A stretch of DNA of 54,231 bases from assembly GCA_000934665.2 (NCBI GenBank), contig JYFJ02002600.1, positions 1-54,231 on the forward strand, read 5' to 3'. Source of the DNA: Catajapyx aquilonaris (lineage: Eukaryota). Positions 1 to 42,199 of this stretch are shown here, in pieces (the stretch's first letter is position 1; each line of letters begins with the position of its first letter). A program made the position numbers and the translations under genes. The notes beneath the pieces are model-generated. The model was not told the origin of the DNA. It saw nothing but the letters and a program-made list of their open reading frames with translations, and searched no databases.

Positions 1-1370
1 TAGCGATTGATGATAACTCCATCATCGTGGGAATAAGACAGTGACGATAGTGTGATAATAACGAAGCGCCTTCTCAAAATAATATCCCCTCAGCCCGATT
101 ATTCCGATGCCATGCATTGGTAAGCATGCACACACCCTTCGCTGTAGGTCGCCCAGCATCAATCGCTACCTGTAAACAGTGGCAACGACAGAAAGAGCGC
201 TAAGCACTCTCCACATGCCGATGTCCGAACACGCCCAGTTGCCAGGTAACGCCAAAGTCGTTGTTTACACTTGATATATGCTATTGTGCACGGTACTGTA
301 CTAATTGGGAATTGCTCATGTAAAGGCACTTGCAGTCACTTGTGTTAGCAACTGTCAATAAATTGTCTTGGAAAAATATTTTTGTTGAATCAGGATCAGT
401 GGCATTGCTCGTTAGTCCTGGGATGTAAAAAATTGTGCAATAAATACGAATGAATATTGGCATAATGTGTCTGTAATGAAAACCTCTCCTTCATATGTGG
501 CATCTTGGCGTGTTACAACCCTCTTATAGTCTCCTGCATTACTTGGAAGAAGATATATTGGTTGTAATGCAAGCTGAATTCCACAGGCTACATCAAATAA
601 ACTCATAGCGCACCAGTAGCGCACTAAAAAGTTTGTCCCAAAAAACATTGGGCATCTGTTGACATCGCATACCGGTACCTAAAAAAACTAAAAGGGAAGA
701 ATTATTATAGGAAACATAGTTACAATATTCTACTCAGTCAGAAATGCCGCGGACGCCCAGATCCGTACCAGGTCTACTTCTAAGTGGTGGCAAACCTTTG
801 GAAGTCATATTGTTGAACGAAAATTGAGACCATTATTTTAAAATTTTTTAAATAATAATAATAATCATCCTATTTATCATACCACAGATGTGTTGTGTGT
901 CAGGGCCGGCAGGTGCCGTTGACAGCCACAGCCATCGACTCAAATGGGGTAGATTATTTTTTCTTAATCTCCATTAAACTTTACTCACATGTCAGTATTA
1001 TAATTATGTCCCAAACTGTATATGGCCCATGACATTTCTCCCCACTTTGTCATGGTCATACCCTAATCGCTAGTTACTTGACGCCTATGGCCTATTACCT
1101 ACAGTGAGCTACCTTTATATCCGGCAGCAAAACATTACACCACATTACACTAACATGTTGATGCATCATCCATACCATGATCTACACCGTGATCTACACT
1201 CTAAATCAAAAACTAATGAAGTCAACTATTAAGATCAGCTTTTAATAGGGTAATCTATATTAGTGATTTTCAGAGCTGCTTAAAATAACTGCTGCGCTAC
1301 TTTCAACCCGGCCGTACTATGGATATGGAGTAGAGTGGAATGGAGAGAGCGGAAGAAAAGGGTTTGCTAT

Positions 1371-1378
1371 TCACGTGA
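1371..1378. promoter_or_regulatory. Palindromic E-box TCACGTGA (CLEAR-like, MiT/TFE/USF-type site) about 200 bp upstream of the WDR7 ATG
   Basis: Motif seen directly; an ETS-like CGGAAG lies near 1350. Function is inferred only. Confidence 0.4.
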
Positions 1379-1571
1379 TGTGGCTTTTCCCTTGCAACCA
1401 CTGATGGAAACTATCCGCCTTTTCATCCCATGCTAATAACAAACGAGGGGTCCACGTTGGTTGGTCAGCATTGCCACTTTTCAGGACTAGTTGGACTAGT
1501 AGTAGTAGACTGGCAGAGCCGCCCAGGTGTTAATGTGTTACACATCTTACAGGCAGTGAGGGCGTGAAGTG

Positions 1572-31185
<29,614 letters not shown>

Positions 31186-31467
31186 GAAGAAATGTGTATA
31201 GTAATTCTTAGCTGACCAAAGTCTTTCCCCGCTTCGTATTAGAGAAATGACATCTGATGGCTGTTAGTGTCAATCCGCTAGACTTTTACATTCTGCAACT
31301 CCATAGATTTATAGAAGTGTCAGATGTTTTTAATGACCGCGTTTTTTGGCTGCTTTATGAGTTTATGTTAGTTATGTATTATTGCAATATGGATACTGAG
31401 ATTTTATTGCAATGCACCACAAATACAAGGTGGAGTACAATTATGGACCAAAAAAATATGTATTTAT

Positions 31468-31473
31468 AATAAA
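31468..31473 (+). terminator. Candidate polyadenylation signal AATAAA for WDR7
   Basis: AATAAA about 280 nt after the stop codon, followed by T/GT-rich sequence. Confidence 0.5.
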
Positions 31474-32331
31474 TGTAGTAATTTGTGAATGAATATGCTC
31501 GGGAATATGTAAACTTGGAGGGTGAGAAAATAAGTTGTATAATGATGATACTGCATGTTGTATGAGTTTGTGAATGTATAGGCTTCCCTCCAGGTGATTA
31601 TATTCCCAATTGTGGGGGAGGATACCATGCACACATTAATACAGAACTGGATAAATGTCACTTCATGAAGTGGATATGCATTCGTCAGTTGTGTAGTGCC
31701 CTGCAATACAAAGTGGAATATCTTGACACTCATCCACCCACCAGTTTTTAGTCAATCTTGAAAAAAAGTTGATAATGCATGATATACTTTTTTTTTCTTT
31801 ATTGGTCCATTATTATAATTCATCATGTATATTTATTGATGAACATCAGTATGATGATGCAAAGCAGGTAGCAAGTCACCAGCATAATGTTTGCCATGGT
31901 ATTTCTTTATCTCAAATAATACTTTCTGTGAATGCCTGTCACATAGATGATGTAGTGCCCACACATGGTGTAATTTAAATTAATGCTTTTCTGTACATAC
32001 CTAGAATTCTGATGGTGATGTGGGGCATTGTTGATGTATATGTAATTATTTTGTAATTTACTTCATGGAGCCAGTGGGTTACATGTGAAGCATGCACGGG
32101 GAAAAATGATTGGGTAGCCATTATTGTTGTGATTTTTTTTAATGCAGTGATTCCAGTTGAGTTTTATAATGTTGCTGTTATCTTACTAGTATAATAACTA
32201 CAGTTTTTCCCAGAGGTTAATCATTTATAGTTTTTGTGGAAAGAGTGCACATTCGAGGCATATTCTAGGCATCAAGTGACTTTCAGGGCAACAGTGATCA
32301 GATTTCTGTATGACAAGGAGTACTTGTCTTA

Positions 32332-32917
32332 TAGGGAACGGATTTCTTAGAGTGAACAGACACGCCCCCCTGGGCGAACCAATGGGATCGCCTGTATTAG
32401 AGTGAACAGACACGCCCCCCCCGGGCGAACCAATGGGATCGCCTGTATGACGGTGCGTCACAGGAAGGTTGCCAGGTGAAAATACATAAATGTAATTGAC
32501 GGTGTATTTTAAAAAGGAATTCGACGCATATCAATTATTTGGTTCTGACATAATTTATGAACACTAAAGCATTACTTAGAATAGCGTTATTAGTTACTTA
32601 CGCGAAAAATTAAAATCAGCAACGTTGCCACATGGGGACTACTTTCAAGGCGAGAGACAAAAGAGCATCGGGATCCGTGCCCGCGTAATTTCGAAGCATC
32701 GTTCGAAACCACGGCAACGGTGTTCGAATTTCTTCTTTTCACTTATTTTCGGCGCGCATAAGCACCATCGGAATAAGGCTCTGGCGGAGGGATACATGTT
32801 GTCATGGTGCCAAGGTGGTGGGGGGGAGAAGTTGTGGAGGAGGGAGGAGGGAGGAGAGAAGTTTGTTTGGGGGCGGGGCCATGGGCCCAGCAGTTCACTC
32901 TAAGAAATCCATTGCCT
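32332..32917. mobile_element. MITE with about 25-bp TIRs and an internal ~51-bp tandem duplication
   Basis: agggaacggatttcttagagtgaac / gttcactctaagaaatccattgcct; duplicated ttagagtgaacagacacgccccc...gggatcgcctgtat. Confidence 0.75.
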
Positions 32918-33392
32918 TTAACAGAGAAACCTGATTATTGCACTCCTGTGTACCTGCAATTTAATCATTTTTTTTCAGGACTTGTCATCATTCTTACCAT
33001 GCAGTTGGCATCAGATTTTTCCTTCCACTAAGAATCCTATTATAAACAGACCTTTTCATGCCAGTCATATTTAAACTGATCCTTAAAAACTAACATGAGC
33101 TGCCCAATTCGCATGAATTCCATGAATACTTGAAGCCTATGGATATGTTTTGTGTCTTCACAGCTGTAACGCTTTGAATGGAAGTGTGAGCGCAACTGTT
33201 CAAGTTTTTAATAGAGTGCACCTCTCAAATGGGATTGTATTGTTCTTGGGAAGTGTTAATGTGAAGCAGGTGACTGAAGCTATGTCTTGAAACTAGCTGT
33301 TCTTTTTCTTATCTTCTGTTTTGGATTTGGAGTAGTCATTTTTTTGATACCAAACTGTACCTACTAAAACTTCCACTAAAGCCACAAATATG

Positions 33393-33550
33393 CTATATCT
33401 CGGATGCACGGAAAAACTGACATAAGTCAAAAAAATAATTTTTCGACTTGGATTAATAGAGGTGAATGCTCGGATTTGGGGGGACAAGCGCACAAGTAAA
33501 AAAATTCTTTTTTTGACTTATGGTCTTTTCCCTGTGCATCCGAGATATGA
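33393..33550. mobile_element. MITE-like inverted repeat
   Basis: atatctcggatgcac...cataagtcaaaaaa / ttttttgacttatg...gtgcatccgagatat. Confidence 0.7.
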
Positions 33551-34228
33551 TCTCTGCGGAGGTACGGTAGTAACTGTTTCAGGGTTTTTGTAAAAATTTG
33601 ATGGTAAAAGCCAAACTGTGTTGGTTAGAAGTTCAGATGCATCTAGTGATGCTAGGGCATGCAAGCACCATTACAGAAAGATAGTCATTGGCCATTCCTC
33701 TCAAAATATTTACCAATGAGTTTGGACCTCTTTTAAGTAGTCTTACAGCCAGTTCATGAACATGAGTTAACTATTGAGTTAGCTCTTGTTTACATATAGA
33801 CTAACTCCATATTTAGCCTTATGTTTATAAACTGACCCTTAGTAGTGTCTGTTAGTGAACATGTTAGTTTTAGTTGCCAGTTTGATAACTTTCGATTAAA
33901 TTATTTAGAGTCAAACCTGCATTATAGGAACACACTGGAAATGTTTCCATTTCATTTCATTTCTTTCTTCATTCCTTTCATTTCATATTGCTAGAATTCT
34001 GTGGAGTGTGGAAGTGTTGTGGGGATCCGAGAGGTGTTTTAACCACTATTTTCAAAATTACTTCATTCCAATGCCTCTTATCACAAAGTATAGCATACCA
34101 GAATGTTGTACATACAGAAGTCCTAGTTTTGTTCAAAGAATGGGGCAGGATAAGATATCTGTAAATTCTAGTTTGATGTCAAATGCTTGTTATCTTCAGT
34201 GACTAGTGCAGTCTTTTTTGGTTCATAT

Positions 34229-34649
34229 ACCAGGCAAAGGGAAATGCGTGCCCAATCGCGAGGTAGACTCATAGTACTCGCAAAACTAATATAGGGACGA
34301 GCAATTAGTTTTGGGTGCCGTAGTGTAGTTAATGCGTATGGCACATTTAAAGTTTCGTGATGCCACATCCACTCCACCAGTTTCCAAGAAGAAAAAGCCA
34401 GCTCGAAGGCCTCTGAATAATCCGGCCTGGGTCCCCTAACGCATCGTCAATGTGCAACAGGCGATCAAATCCCGTCACAGTAAGAATCCGAGTACAACAC
34501 CTGTGCACTTTGTCGTTTTTACCTCAAATTTTACCACCTAGCCCTCTACACTTTAACGGCGCCGAAAACTAATTGCACATACCTATATTAGTTTTGCGAG
34601 CACTATCAGTCTACCTGGCGACTGGGTGCGAGTTTCCCTTCACCCTCTG
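34229..34649. mobile_element. Tc1/mariner-type MITE with about 100-bp arms
   Basis: aggtagactcatagtactcgcaaaactaatatagg / cctatattagttttgcgagcactatcagtctacct; right end ...CTCTG|TA. Confidence 0.75.
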
Positions 34650-35461
34650 TATTGTTAATCCTTTATCTATTTTGTTCTCCTTCCCAAAAAAAAGGCATAT
34701 CAGAACATGGAGATAAGGTTGTGTTATTCAATATTTCTGAAAACAGAACCTGATGATAATGTGCAGACGTGCCTTTTATTGGATGGTCATCAGTATTGTT
34801 ATAAAAGTTCAATAACATAAGTAAACAAATGCTACAGTTACATTTCCTTGCAAGGGATACAGATTGGTTATACCCAAGAGCAATACAATTTTATATGGAG
34901 ATGTAATGGGGGGGGNGGGGGGGGGGTGTGTCGGAAGGAGGAACATGCTGTGCCCATTCAATGAATGTAACTGATTTTTGCCAACATTGTGCAATTCTAC
35001 TGTAATATTAGGGACTTTCATCAAATTCTGAGAATGGTTCACATGTTCTGTCCTTGTCACGCCACACTTGAAAGGTGTCCAGTTCAGAATTACTTGAGGA
35101 ATACTTTTAAGGCCCCTAGTCTGGTGTGCGGGGATAGGCTATCCAGGTCCCTTTAGAGGGGGTACGGACCTCACTCCGGGAGTCTGCTAGCCCTTTCCGT
35201 TACCCCACCAGGGGGTGGTGGTGGGGGTCTTACCTTGATGTAGCGTGGTCGTGGTTGGGGCAGATACCTCTGAGTCTGGTGGGTTTGGGGGCTCTACGAC
35301 ACAGACGCGCGGCTGCCCCAGAACCGGGGTACCTATTCACTGCCGAGGAGGTGTGATAGCGGGGGATAAGGCACTTGTCTCAAGTTGATCATGGCGAGAT
35401 TTTTGGTGCACAGAAGTTTCTTGTGTTGGGGAATGCAATGGTAAAGCCAGAAAATGCGAGT

Positions 35462-35802
35462 GACACTGTACTCTTGATTATCCACGCTAATTAATTACAC
35501 TAGTGTGCCCGGATAATCAGGAAAACACGGATAATCCATATATGGCCCTGGATACCATAAAAGAGCTATCCACGGGTTTAAAAGGAACTACTGTACAGAG
35601 TGTACGCTGCTTTAAATGAGGTTTAATTAAAATAATACAATTTGCCGTTGATTTTTAGGTTGCCTTTTAGAAAAACTGTTATATTTTTTGTTTGCAAGAC
35701 ATATTGACATTCTTTCAGACTTCTATTCCTAACTTTTGGTTTTGGCGATGCGCGGATGATCCGGACGAAAAATCCGGACCCGGATAATTGGGAGTAGTGT
35801 GT
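35462..35802. mobile_element. pogo/Tigger-like MITE, copy 2
   Basis: Colinear with 13994-14322 (ggataatcaggaaaacacggataatcc...ttgcaagacatattgacatt). Confidence 0.65.
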
Positions 35803-36399
35803 ATACAAAGATCTGGGGGGCCAAAAAATGAGTCAAAAACTAAACTGTATTTTCAAGGGTTTGAACTTAAATCAAGAGGAGTTTTTAGACAGTTACTTAT
35901 GTTAAAATCATTTTAGGATTCTCTTTTATTGAGGCATTTTTTCTGACAAATTATTGATTTTTCCTCATTAGGATGATTGTCTTTATATGCTCTTTTTTCT
36001 CTCTCTCTACACGTTGTCAACGATGCAGATCTAGCTTGATTTTTGTTTCAATTTAAGAAGGAATTTTTAAAAATTTGACTAGCAGATTGGAGTGGTCCCT
36101 TTTAATTGGGTGTGCCATTATCTTTTCCTATGTTGTCTCATAATTTTTTGGCATTAAGTTTTGGTGGCATTCATAATATCGATATATTGTTGCCTGCACT
36201 GTATCATTCCTATTTACACGATAGTTCATGAAATTGGCATCCAAGTCACTGTCTAAAGGCTTTACATAATAGCTTCCTCAGGGCTTTTCATAAAGGGTTC
36301 AGTTTTTGAAGTTTGGACTTCCATATTTCAAACTCACTTGAGATCGAGGGCTTTTCCGGAAAGGTGTCTTCTTCCTAGCAGATAAGGAACCTGAAAAAC

Positions 36400-36606
36400 A
36401 TAATTTGAACATGAATTTCGCAGACACCTCCCGATATTCCCTTTGAAAGGCAGGACCAGAGCCTCCATCTCTCGCTCTGTCCAATTTGTACATCGCGCTC
36501 TCTTTTCTGAACCAAAAGTACTGCCAACTGACCGCCCTCTCCTTTTTTTGCTGCCTCCCGAGGCGTGGCATGTAGCTGTATCGAGGGCTCCCATTGGCCC
36601 AGGCAC
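36400..36606 (-). pseudogene. Frameshifted Myb/SANT-like fragment (Harbinger accessory protein or MSANTD type)
   Basis: KRARCTNWTEREMEALVL, then a frameshift to AFQREYREVSAKF, resembling the KRxxNFTxxExxxLV start of Myb/SANT-like domains. Confidence 0.45.
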
Positions 36607-37530
36607 ACAGACACGTCACAGGCGAGGGAAAAGGGTGGCTTGGGGTAGTAGTTCCACAACAGGGTAGCGGGTGGCAAGACTTTCGGGGAAGGGATCCCTG
36701 CCACCCCGTTATCACCAGGAAGAGGTTACTCCAGCCTTTCTGGGGCCCATACCCACGCGCCGCCAGACTAGGGGACTAGATGCCGGTATCCTAATGCTAT
36801 TCCCTATTGTCACTCACAGTCCATCATACCCAGCAATTCTGCTTGGCATGTATTAGCAACAAGTGTTGATACAAGAAGGGTAATCACCATCACAACAATG
36901 TATTTTAAAGCCTTCACATATTTATGTTATCCTAAAAGAAACCATGTGTTTTTAATATTATTTATGTATTTATTTTCTTATTTATTTTGCCTGCCACAGG
37001 CTGATTAAATCAATGGCAAATGTGCTTTACCTTCCCAGAATATTCAACCCGCCTCTGCAGTGTTTGCATTCACACATTTTGAACTACATGCACAGCAAGT
37101 GGGGTACCTACATCAGGTGTGTCATTCCAAATCTACCTTAAATGTTTCAAAACATCTAGTCCTCAAAATTCCTGTGGCCATAGTGCATTAGTTGTGTACT
37201 TCAAGACAAGGGTCAGGAAAACCACTGGTTATTCCATTATTGTATGCAATGATACAATATATTATATGCTATAATTTTATTTCAAGAAATATATTTATGG
37301 TTGTTTCAACAATGATTCTGCAATTCCATCCCTCAAACACAGGTTCACAACACTGATCAGAAGCATTTTAGGGGGAACAAGCTGGTGTTAAGTTCTCTGA
37401 ATAGTGGTACAAAACATTTACTTTTTTCCAGTGCTAACCCTAAATTGATCCAAGTACTTACTGCAGTAACATGACATTAATATCGTACTCTCTGTGTGCT
37501 CGGTAACTCAAGCATCATGACAAAATGCAA

Positions 37531-38262
37531 TCAATAGTGTACACTGTGATGTAGACAGCAGTATTTGACTACAAACTTTGGGTATGCTTCATCATCAAAA
37601 TACTTCACATACACTTTCTTGCCTCCATTGTGACTGGTGTCAGCTGGCACGTTGCTGTAAGCTTGTTCTGGAGGGAGTGTCATATTCTCTGTACCGTCCA
37701 CGGATGTGCCAATGGCTACATCTGCCTGTATCAATACTCTTTCCCCAGGCAACTGCTTGGGATAGAAATGAGCATACCATGCGCATGGTGAGAAGCTGAC
37801 TCCACGTCCAAATTTACCAACAAGGCATTTACGCCAATTGAAGCCATTTTTAGCAATGTCCATTGCTCTATCCATATTTGTTCCATGGTAGAGGTCGAGG
37901 ATTGTCACAGAATTGAGTAGACTCTGATTCTTGAGGCGCTCCTGGCTAACCAAATACTTGGACCACAAGATTGGGTTCTGGATTCTCAGCACTTCAGTCA
38001 CTGCCAAACTAGGTGCTGATACACTGATGGAAGTACGCACTTGTTCGACTTCTTGATGTGTCGCTGGAAACAGCTGAACTATGTTGTTGTGGTGGTTCAT
38101 TGGCACCCAGGTTCTGGGCACATTGTCCCACACCAGATCCAATGTGCTGTCAACTGCAGTTAGGGAAATGGAAGCATGTGATCGTTTGCAATAATTTCTG
38201 AAAATAAGCATTTTGATTGGGCATAATTGGCAACTTGTAATGCAGTGGTGCCTACTATCCAT
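37531..38262 (-). CDS. PARP catalytic-domain protein (PARP11/PARP12/ZAP-like mono-ADP-ribosyltransferase fold); 5' end uncertain
   Basis: 243-aa uninterrupted ORF with RIQNPILWSKY, LYHGT, IAKNGFNWR, FGRGVSFS..AWYAHFY, TLPP, KVYVKYFDDEAYPKFVVKY. A possible acceptor CTAACTGCAG ending at 38154 suggests this may be a last exon starting at 38153. Confidence 0.88.
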   Translation of the reverse strand: MDSRHHCITSCQLCPIKMLIFRNYCKRSHASISLTAVDSTLDLVWDNVPRTWVPMNHHNNIVQLFPATHQEVEQVRTSISVSAPSLAVTEVLRIQNPILWSKYLVSQERLKNQSLLNSVTILDLYHGTNMDRAMDIAKNGFNWRKCLVGKFGRGVSFSPCAWYAHFYPKQLPGERVLIQADVAIGTSVDGTENMTLPPEQAYSNVPADTSHNGGKKVYVKYFDDEAYPKFVVKYCCLHHSVHY

Positions 38263-38293
38263 TTCAAAAATGTAGCAACCTAATATTGCCTAT

Positions 38294-38780
38294 AGGGAGG
38301 TTTAGTGGCGCCGAGGTAACACACGCGCCCACGGATATTAAGGTCCCGGGTTCGATCCCCACCCGGGGTTCCCACCTTTATCCGTGCAGAGTTGGGCCAT
38401 CTCTGGCTTCACTTCGGGTGGCAATTTCCGACAGACTAAGCCACCCGGGGGAGCTCACAAAATGACGATTAGAGACATTACACTTGCACTTTGCACATCC
38501 CCTCCCACCTACCCTGGAGTAATTAATTAAGATCTTCTTATACGGCTCCAATTTCAGATGGTAGTAATCCACCCCCCTAAAGGATATAGTAAATAATCCC
38601 AATGGTAATGAAAAAAACAAAAAAAACATTAGTGACATTGCACTTACACTTTGCACATCCCCTCCTACCTACCCTGGAGTAATTAATTAAGATCTTCTTA
38701 TATGGCTCCAATCTCCGATGGTGATAATCCACCCCCCTAAAGGATATGGTAAATCCCAATGGGGTAATGAAAAAAAACAC
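38294..38780 (+). mobile_element. tRNA-derived SINE, family B, with a tandemly duplicated 3' part
   Basis: A-box-like TGGCGCCGAGG, B box GGTTCGATCCC, A-rich tail at about 38611-38626; the segment from about 38468 is repeated at about 38627-38780. Homolog at 48036-48300. Confidence 0.85.
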
Positions 38781-39046
38781 AACAACACCAAAATGGCATG
38801 AATAGTGTTTCACTTAAAATGCGTGTCATGTATCATAAGAAAGCCTGATTCAATAACTCAACGTGTGTGAGTAAAAAGATACACTGCATTGGGTTTAAAA
38901 ATACCTCAACTTTTAAGCAACTATGTGGAAAGACCAATTTCCAATTGACCTCAACTATATTGTTGAAAAATTTAATAACTGAAAATCTGCACATATTGTG
39001 GCTTAGGGTACAGTCTTTGGTTGACTTGCAACCTCATTTAGCCATG

Positions 39047-39841
39047 CTTAACTTGCAACGTGGGGTCCTTTTTGGACCCCACGTCGTTTTTTCGATTACA
39101 AACTTACATTAACAAAACCATCCAAATACAAATGCTTCAAGCACTATAAGCACTATAAGTGACAGATTTTTTAAAAAATTGGCCTCCTCTGACCTTTGGT
39201 TGACTCTTGAGGTGGTGTTTACTGTTTACCCATGTTCATGACCCAGCAGCGGTAATGGCAGTCTCCTTATCATGTGGCAGAACTGAAACCTGATCTGGTT
39301 GACTAATGCTTGACTTGACTTCCAGTTGGTGTGAAACCTGTGTATAGCGGAATCCCACGGAACCATAACATTTTCCGTAATGGACAGGTTTCCTTTACAT
39401 TCGACACGGAATTCATATACTGTGGATAAGCCCGTTCCCAGGAAAAATTCCGCAATGGACAAGTTTCTGTTATACTCAGGGTCCGTTATGGACAGGTTTC
39501 ACTGCGTGTACAATACTATATATGGATATTTTTTTTACACCTGTGTGATTTTTTATGCTTGCTACATCATGAATTTACAGTGTCTATTTAGGGTCGGAAA
39601 AAACTGGTCGCTAACTAGCAACGTGGGGTCCTTTTTGGACCCCAAGACGACTTGTGAATGTTTAAATGACGTTAACTCCCTTTAGATTTTTTTTCGTCGC
39701 TCATAATTTTTTTTCAGGTGTCAAAGAGTATATTTCAGGAATATAGGAATGGGAATTTTCATTTTGACAAAAACATGCTTCTGGGTGGTGACATAAGTAT
39801 ACCCTGGGGTCTGAAAAGGACCCCACGTTGCAAGTTAAGGG
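39047..39841. mobile_element. piggyBac-like MITE (GGGGTC-N-GACCCC family) with a nested Tigger-like MITE at about 39329-39504
   Basis: cttaacttgcaacgtggggtcc / ggaccccacgttgcaagttaagggttaa; inner gtgaaacctgt ... acaggtttcactg. Confidence 0.75.
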
Positions 39842-42199
39842 TTAAGGGTTAATGAAACCTTGTGGTAGCAAATGGGTGCCACTCTGAACCAAGTTTCTTT
39901 CAAGCTGTACACATGTTTACGAGTTGACATTGTGTGCCCAGGTATTACAGGAATAACAACAAAATTACGGCTTTGATGGAACAATCTGGCAAGTTATTGT
40001 AATGCAAAGCAACTGACAGGAGTGGGACAAACTGCTGATGCTAATGATCCTGAGTATTTTGTACAAAATTGTTGGTCATTCGCAGATCGTCAACTGCTAT
40101 CTAAGGGTAAAGCCTCGTGCTAAAGCCTGGTTTAGGACATGATACGGAACAGGAACAAACTGCAAAGTGTGGACGAATGCAACCTCTTTCTCCCAGGCAC
40201 ACTCAGCAAGTAAACAACCCTTGTAACATGGGTCATGTAACAGTGTATCAAGCATCTCAGAATAATGGAATGTTGTTGCCTGCATGCCTTGCTGTATCAG
40301 CATAAACAGCAAGTGGACCAATGGAATTCAACCAGCATATCTAGGCTCGGGTGGAAATTGCTACCTGGTACTCTAAGAGCTCTGAATAGATATGCAAACA
40401 TGAGTTCTTATTGGCACACTTTAATATCTAGCAAGCCGCCCCCGGCAAAGAGTGGCCCCTGGCTTATACACGACTATAGTACAGAGCTTGACCTAAAATT
40501 GCTACAAATATGAAAACCTGCATTACCTGCATGTGCCATCATCTGCAGCCACTGTCACACCAGCAAACAATAATTGCCACCGTCCTGGTACACTATTCCT
40601 CCTCTGAAGTCTGAATGAAAATACCTGTCATGGGCCTGTGCAGCTGTGAGGGGACGCCACAAAGGATGCAATCTGATGGCCAATGAAACAAAGTTCCTGC
40701 TACTCATGGGGAATCCCCTCACATACGATCACACGATCTAGGAATTTTGTATACCTCTTATGTTTTTACCGGTTTTTACAATGCAATGGGTAACGTATTA
40801 ATATAATAAGTAAATATGTCAGTGAAATAGAAATTACTTAACAGGAGAGAACATCCAGCCATTTTTCAAGGTTTCGGAGATTATAGGCCTTGTAAATTGA
40901 AATTTTATTTGTTACATTTTTAGTGTAGCATTTCACCACATTTGTAACATCCCATCTCCGATACTGCAACGTTTTGCGACCAGTAAAGGAACATGGGGTC
41001 TATCCGGGTCTACCACATCACCAGAAAGGATCATTTTGGGCCTTACAGGGGGTGCTGAAAATTTGTTCCAGAATTCATTGCTACTTGCATTTCCTCGGGC
41101 ACGTCACTATATATTCCGCCCTATTCCACGCTGACAAGATGGATAAACACTGTGTTTATCCATCTTGCAAGCTGATGTGAGCTACTACCCATCCGTGTCT
41201 ACGGCATGCACTATCCCCAGGTAGGAGGATATATTTGTGTATATTGTGATTAATGAGATTTTTGTTTCTATTTTGTAACGAGGCATATTTCCGCGGGAAT
41301 AACAGTTACACCCTGTTACTCCGTGTGTACAGATGTTTCTGATGAATACCCATGAATCTACGCATACGCAGCATATATGAGCCAATAACACTTTATTATG
41401 ATACCCATACCGCTGGGATCAGCCGCGTACAATGACTTTTGTGCACAGTTCATATAATAGCCATTCAACTGCAGGACCATGAATCGTCAGACCCATTAGG
41501 AATGAAGAACTACATGTGTCCTATTTTGAGCATAAGAGCACTAGTGTACGTTCTTCCATATCCCAGCTTCAAGTAATGCGGGGCAACGGGCAACACGAGA
41601 CGTGCTGGACAGTAATGCCATCTGTAGTGAAAGAACAAAACAGAGGGCGCGTTCAGACATCCTGCAATGATCTACCGTTGCATTTCTTCATTACGTCTCG
41701 GACGGTCTTGGAAGAGTTATTATTGCTCTTTCAGAGGCAAAAATTCCTCCGAGTTTTTGTACAATACAAAATAATCATAATAGTGCTTACTGGTTTAAAA
41801 ATTCCTTTCTTGACCACTTTGAGCATAACTCAGATCATATGATGACGCACTTTCAGGCCACTTCCCAGAATGACTAAATACGCCCAGTTTACATGTTTAA
41901 CAAGGTAAATCCATGTAAGGTGTGTGCACTCCATATTATAATATATACTTTACAGGGGAATCTGGCGGTGAGTGTCATATATTTTACTATAAATCCAGGC
42001 AACTTCAGCATCAATGTCATCATGAAGAAAAGATCCTGTGTTACTTGCAGCCACTCTTGCAGCAAAGATCTGAGCTCTGGCTCCTACCACATAGGCAACC
42101 ATCCCACCCACCTTGGTAAGATGCGCCTTGCATAAGAAGCAGCGCCGATCGACCAGAGTACCGTATCAAAATGAGCCTATGAATACGTCGGCTACAGTC

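Noticed and set aside
281..1060. Possible divergent spliced gene on the - strand upstream of WDR7 (donor-like sites near 988 and 881, acceptor near 679)
   Set aside because: Trial splicing gives only a short unrecognisable peptide and needs a weak GAG acceptor; not supportable without RNA data.
34907..34926. Poly-G run (and the poly-C run at 48232-48251) as G-quadruplex elements
   Set aside because: Both contain Ns, so their length and sequence are unreliable.
40720..41850. CpG-richer block that looks like decayed coding sequence on the - strand
   Set aside because: Stops in the frames I read and no family motif I can name; a BLASTX would be needed.
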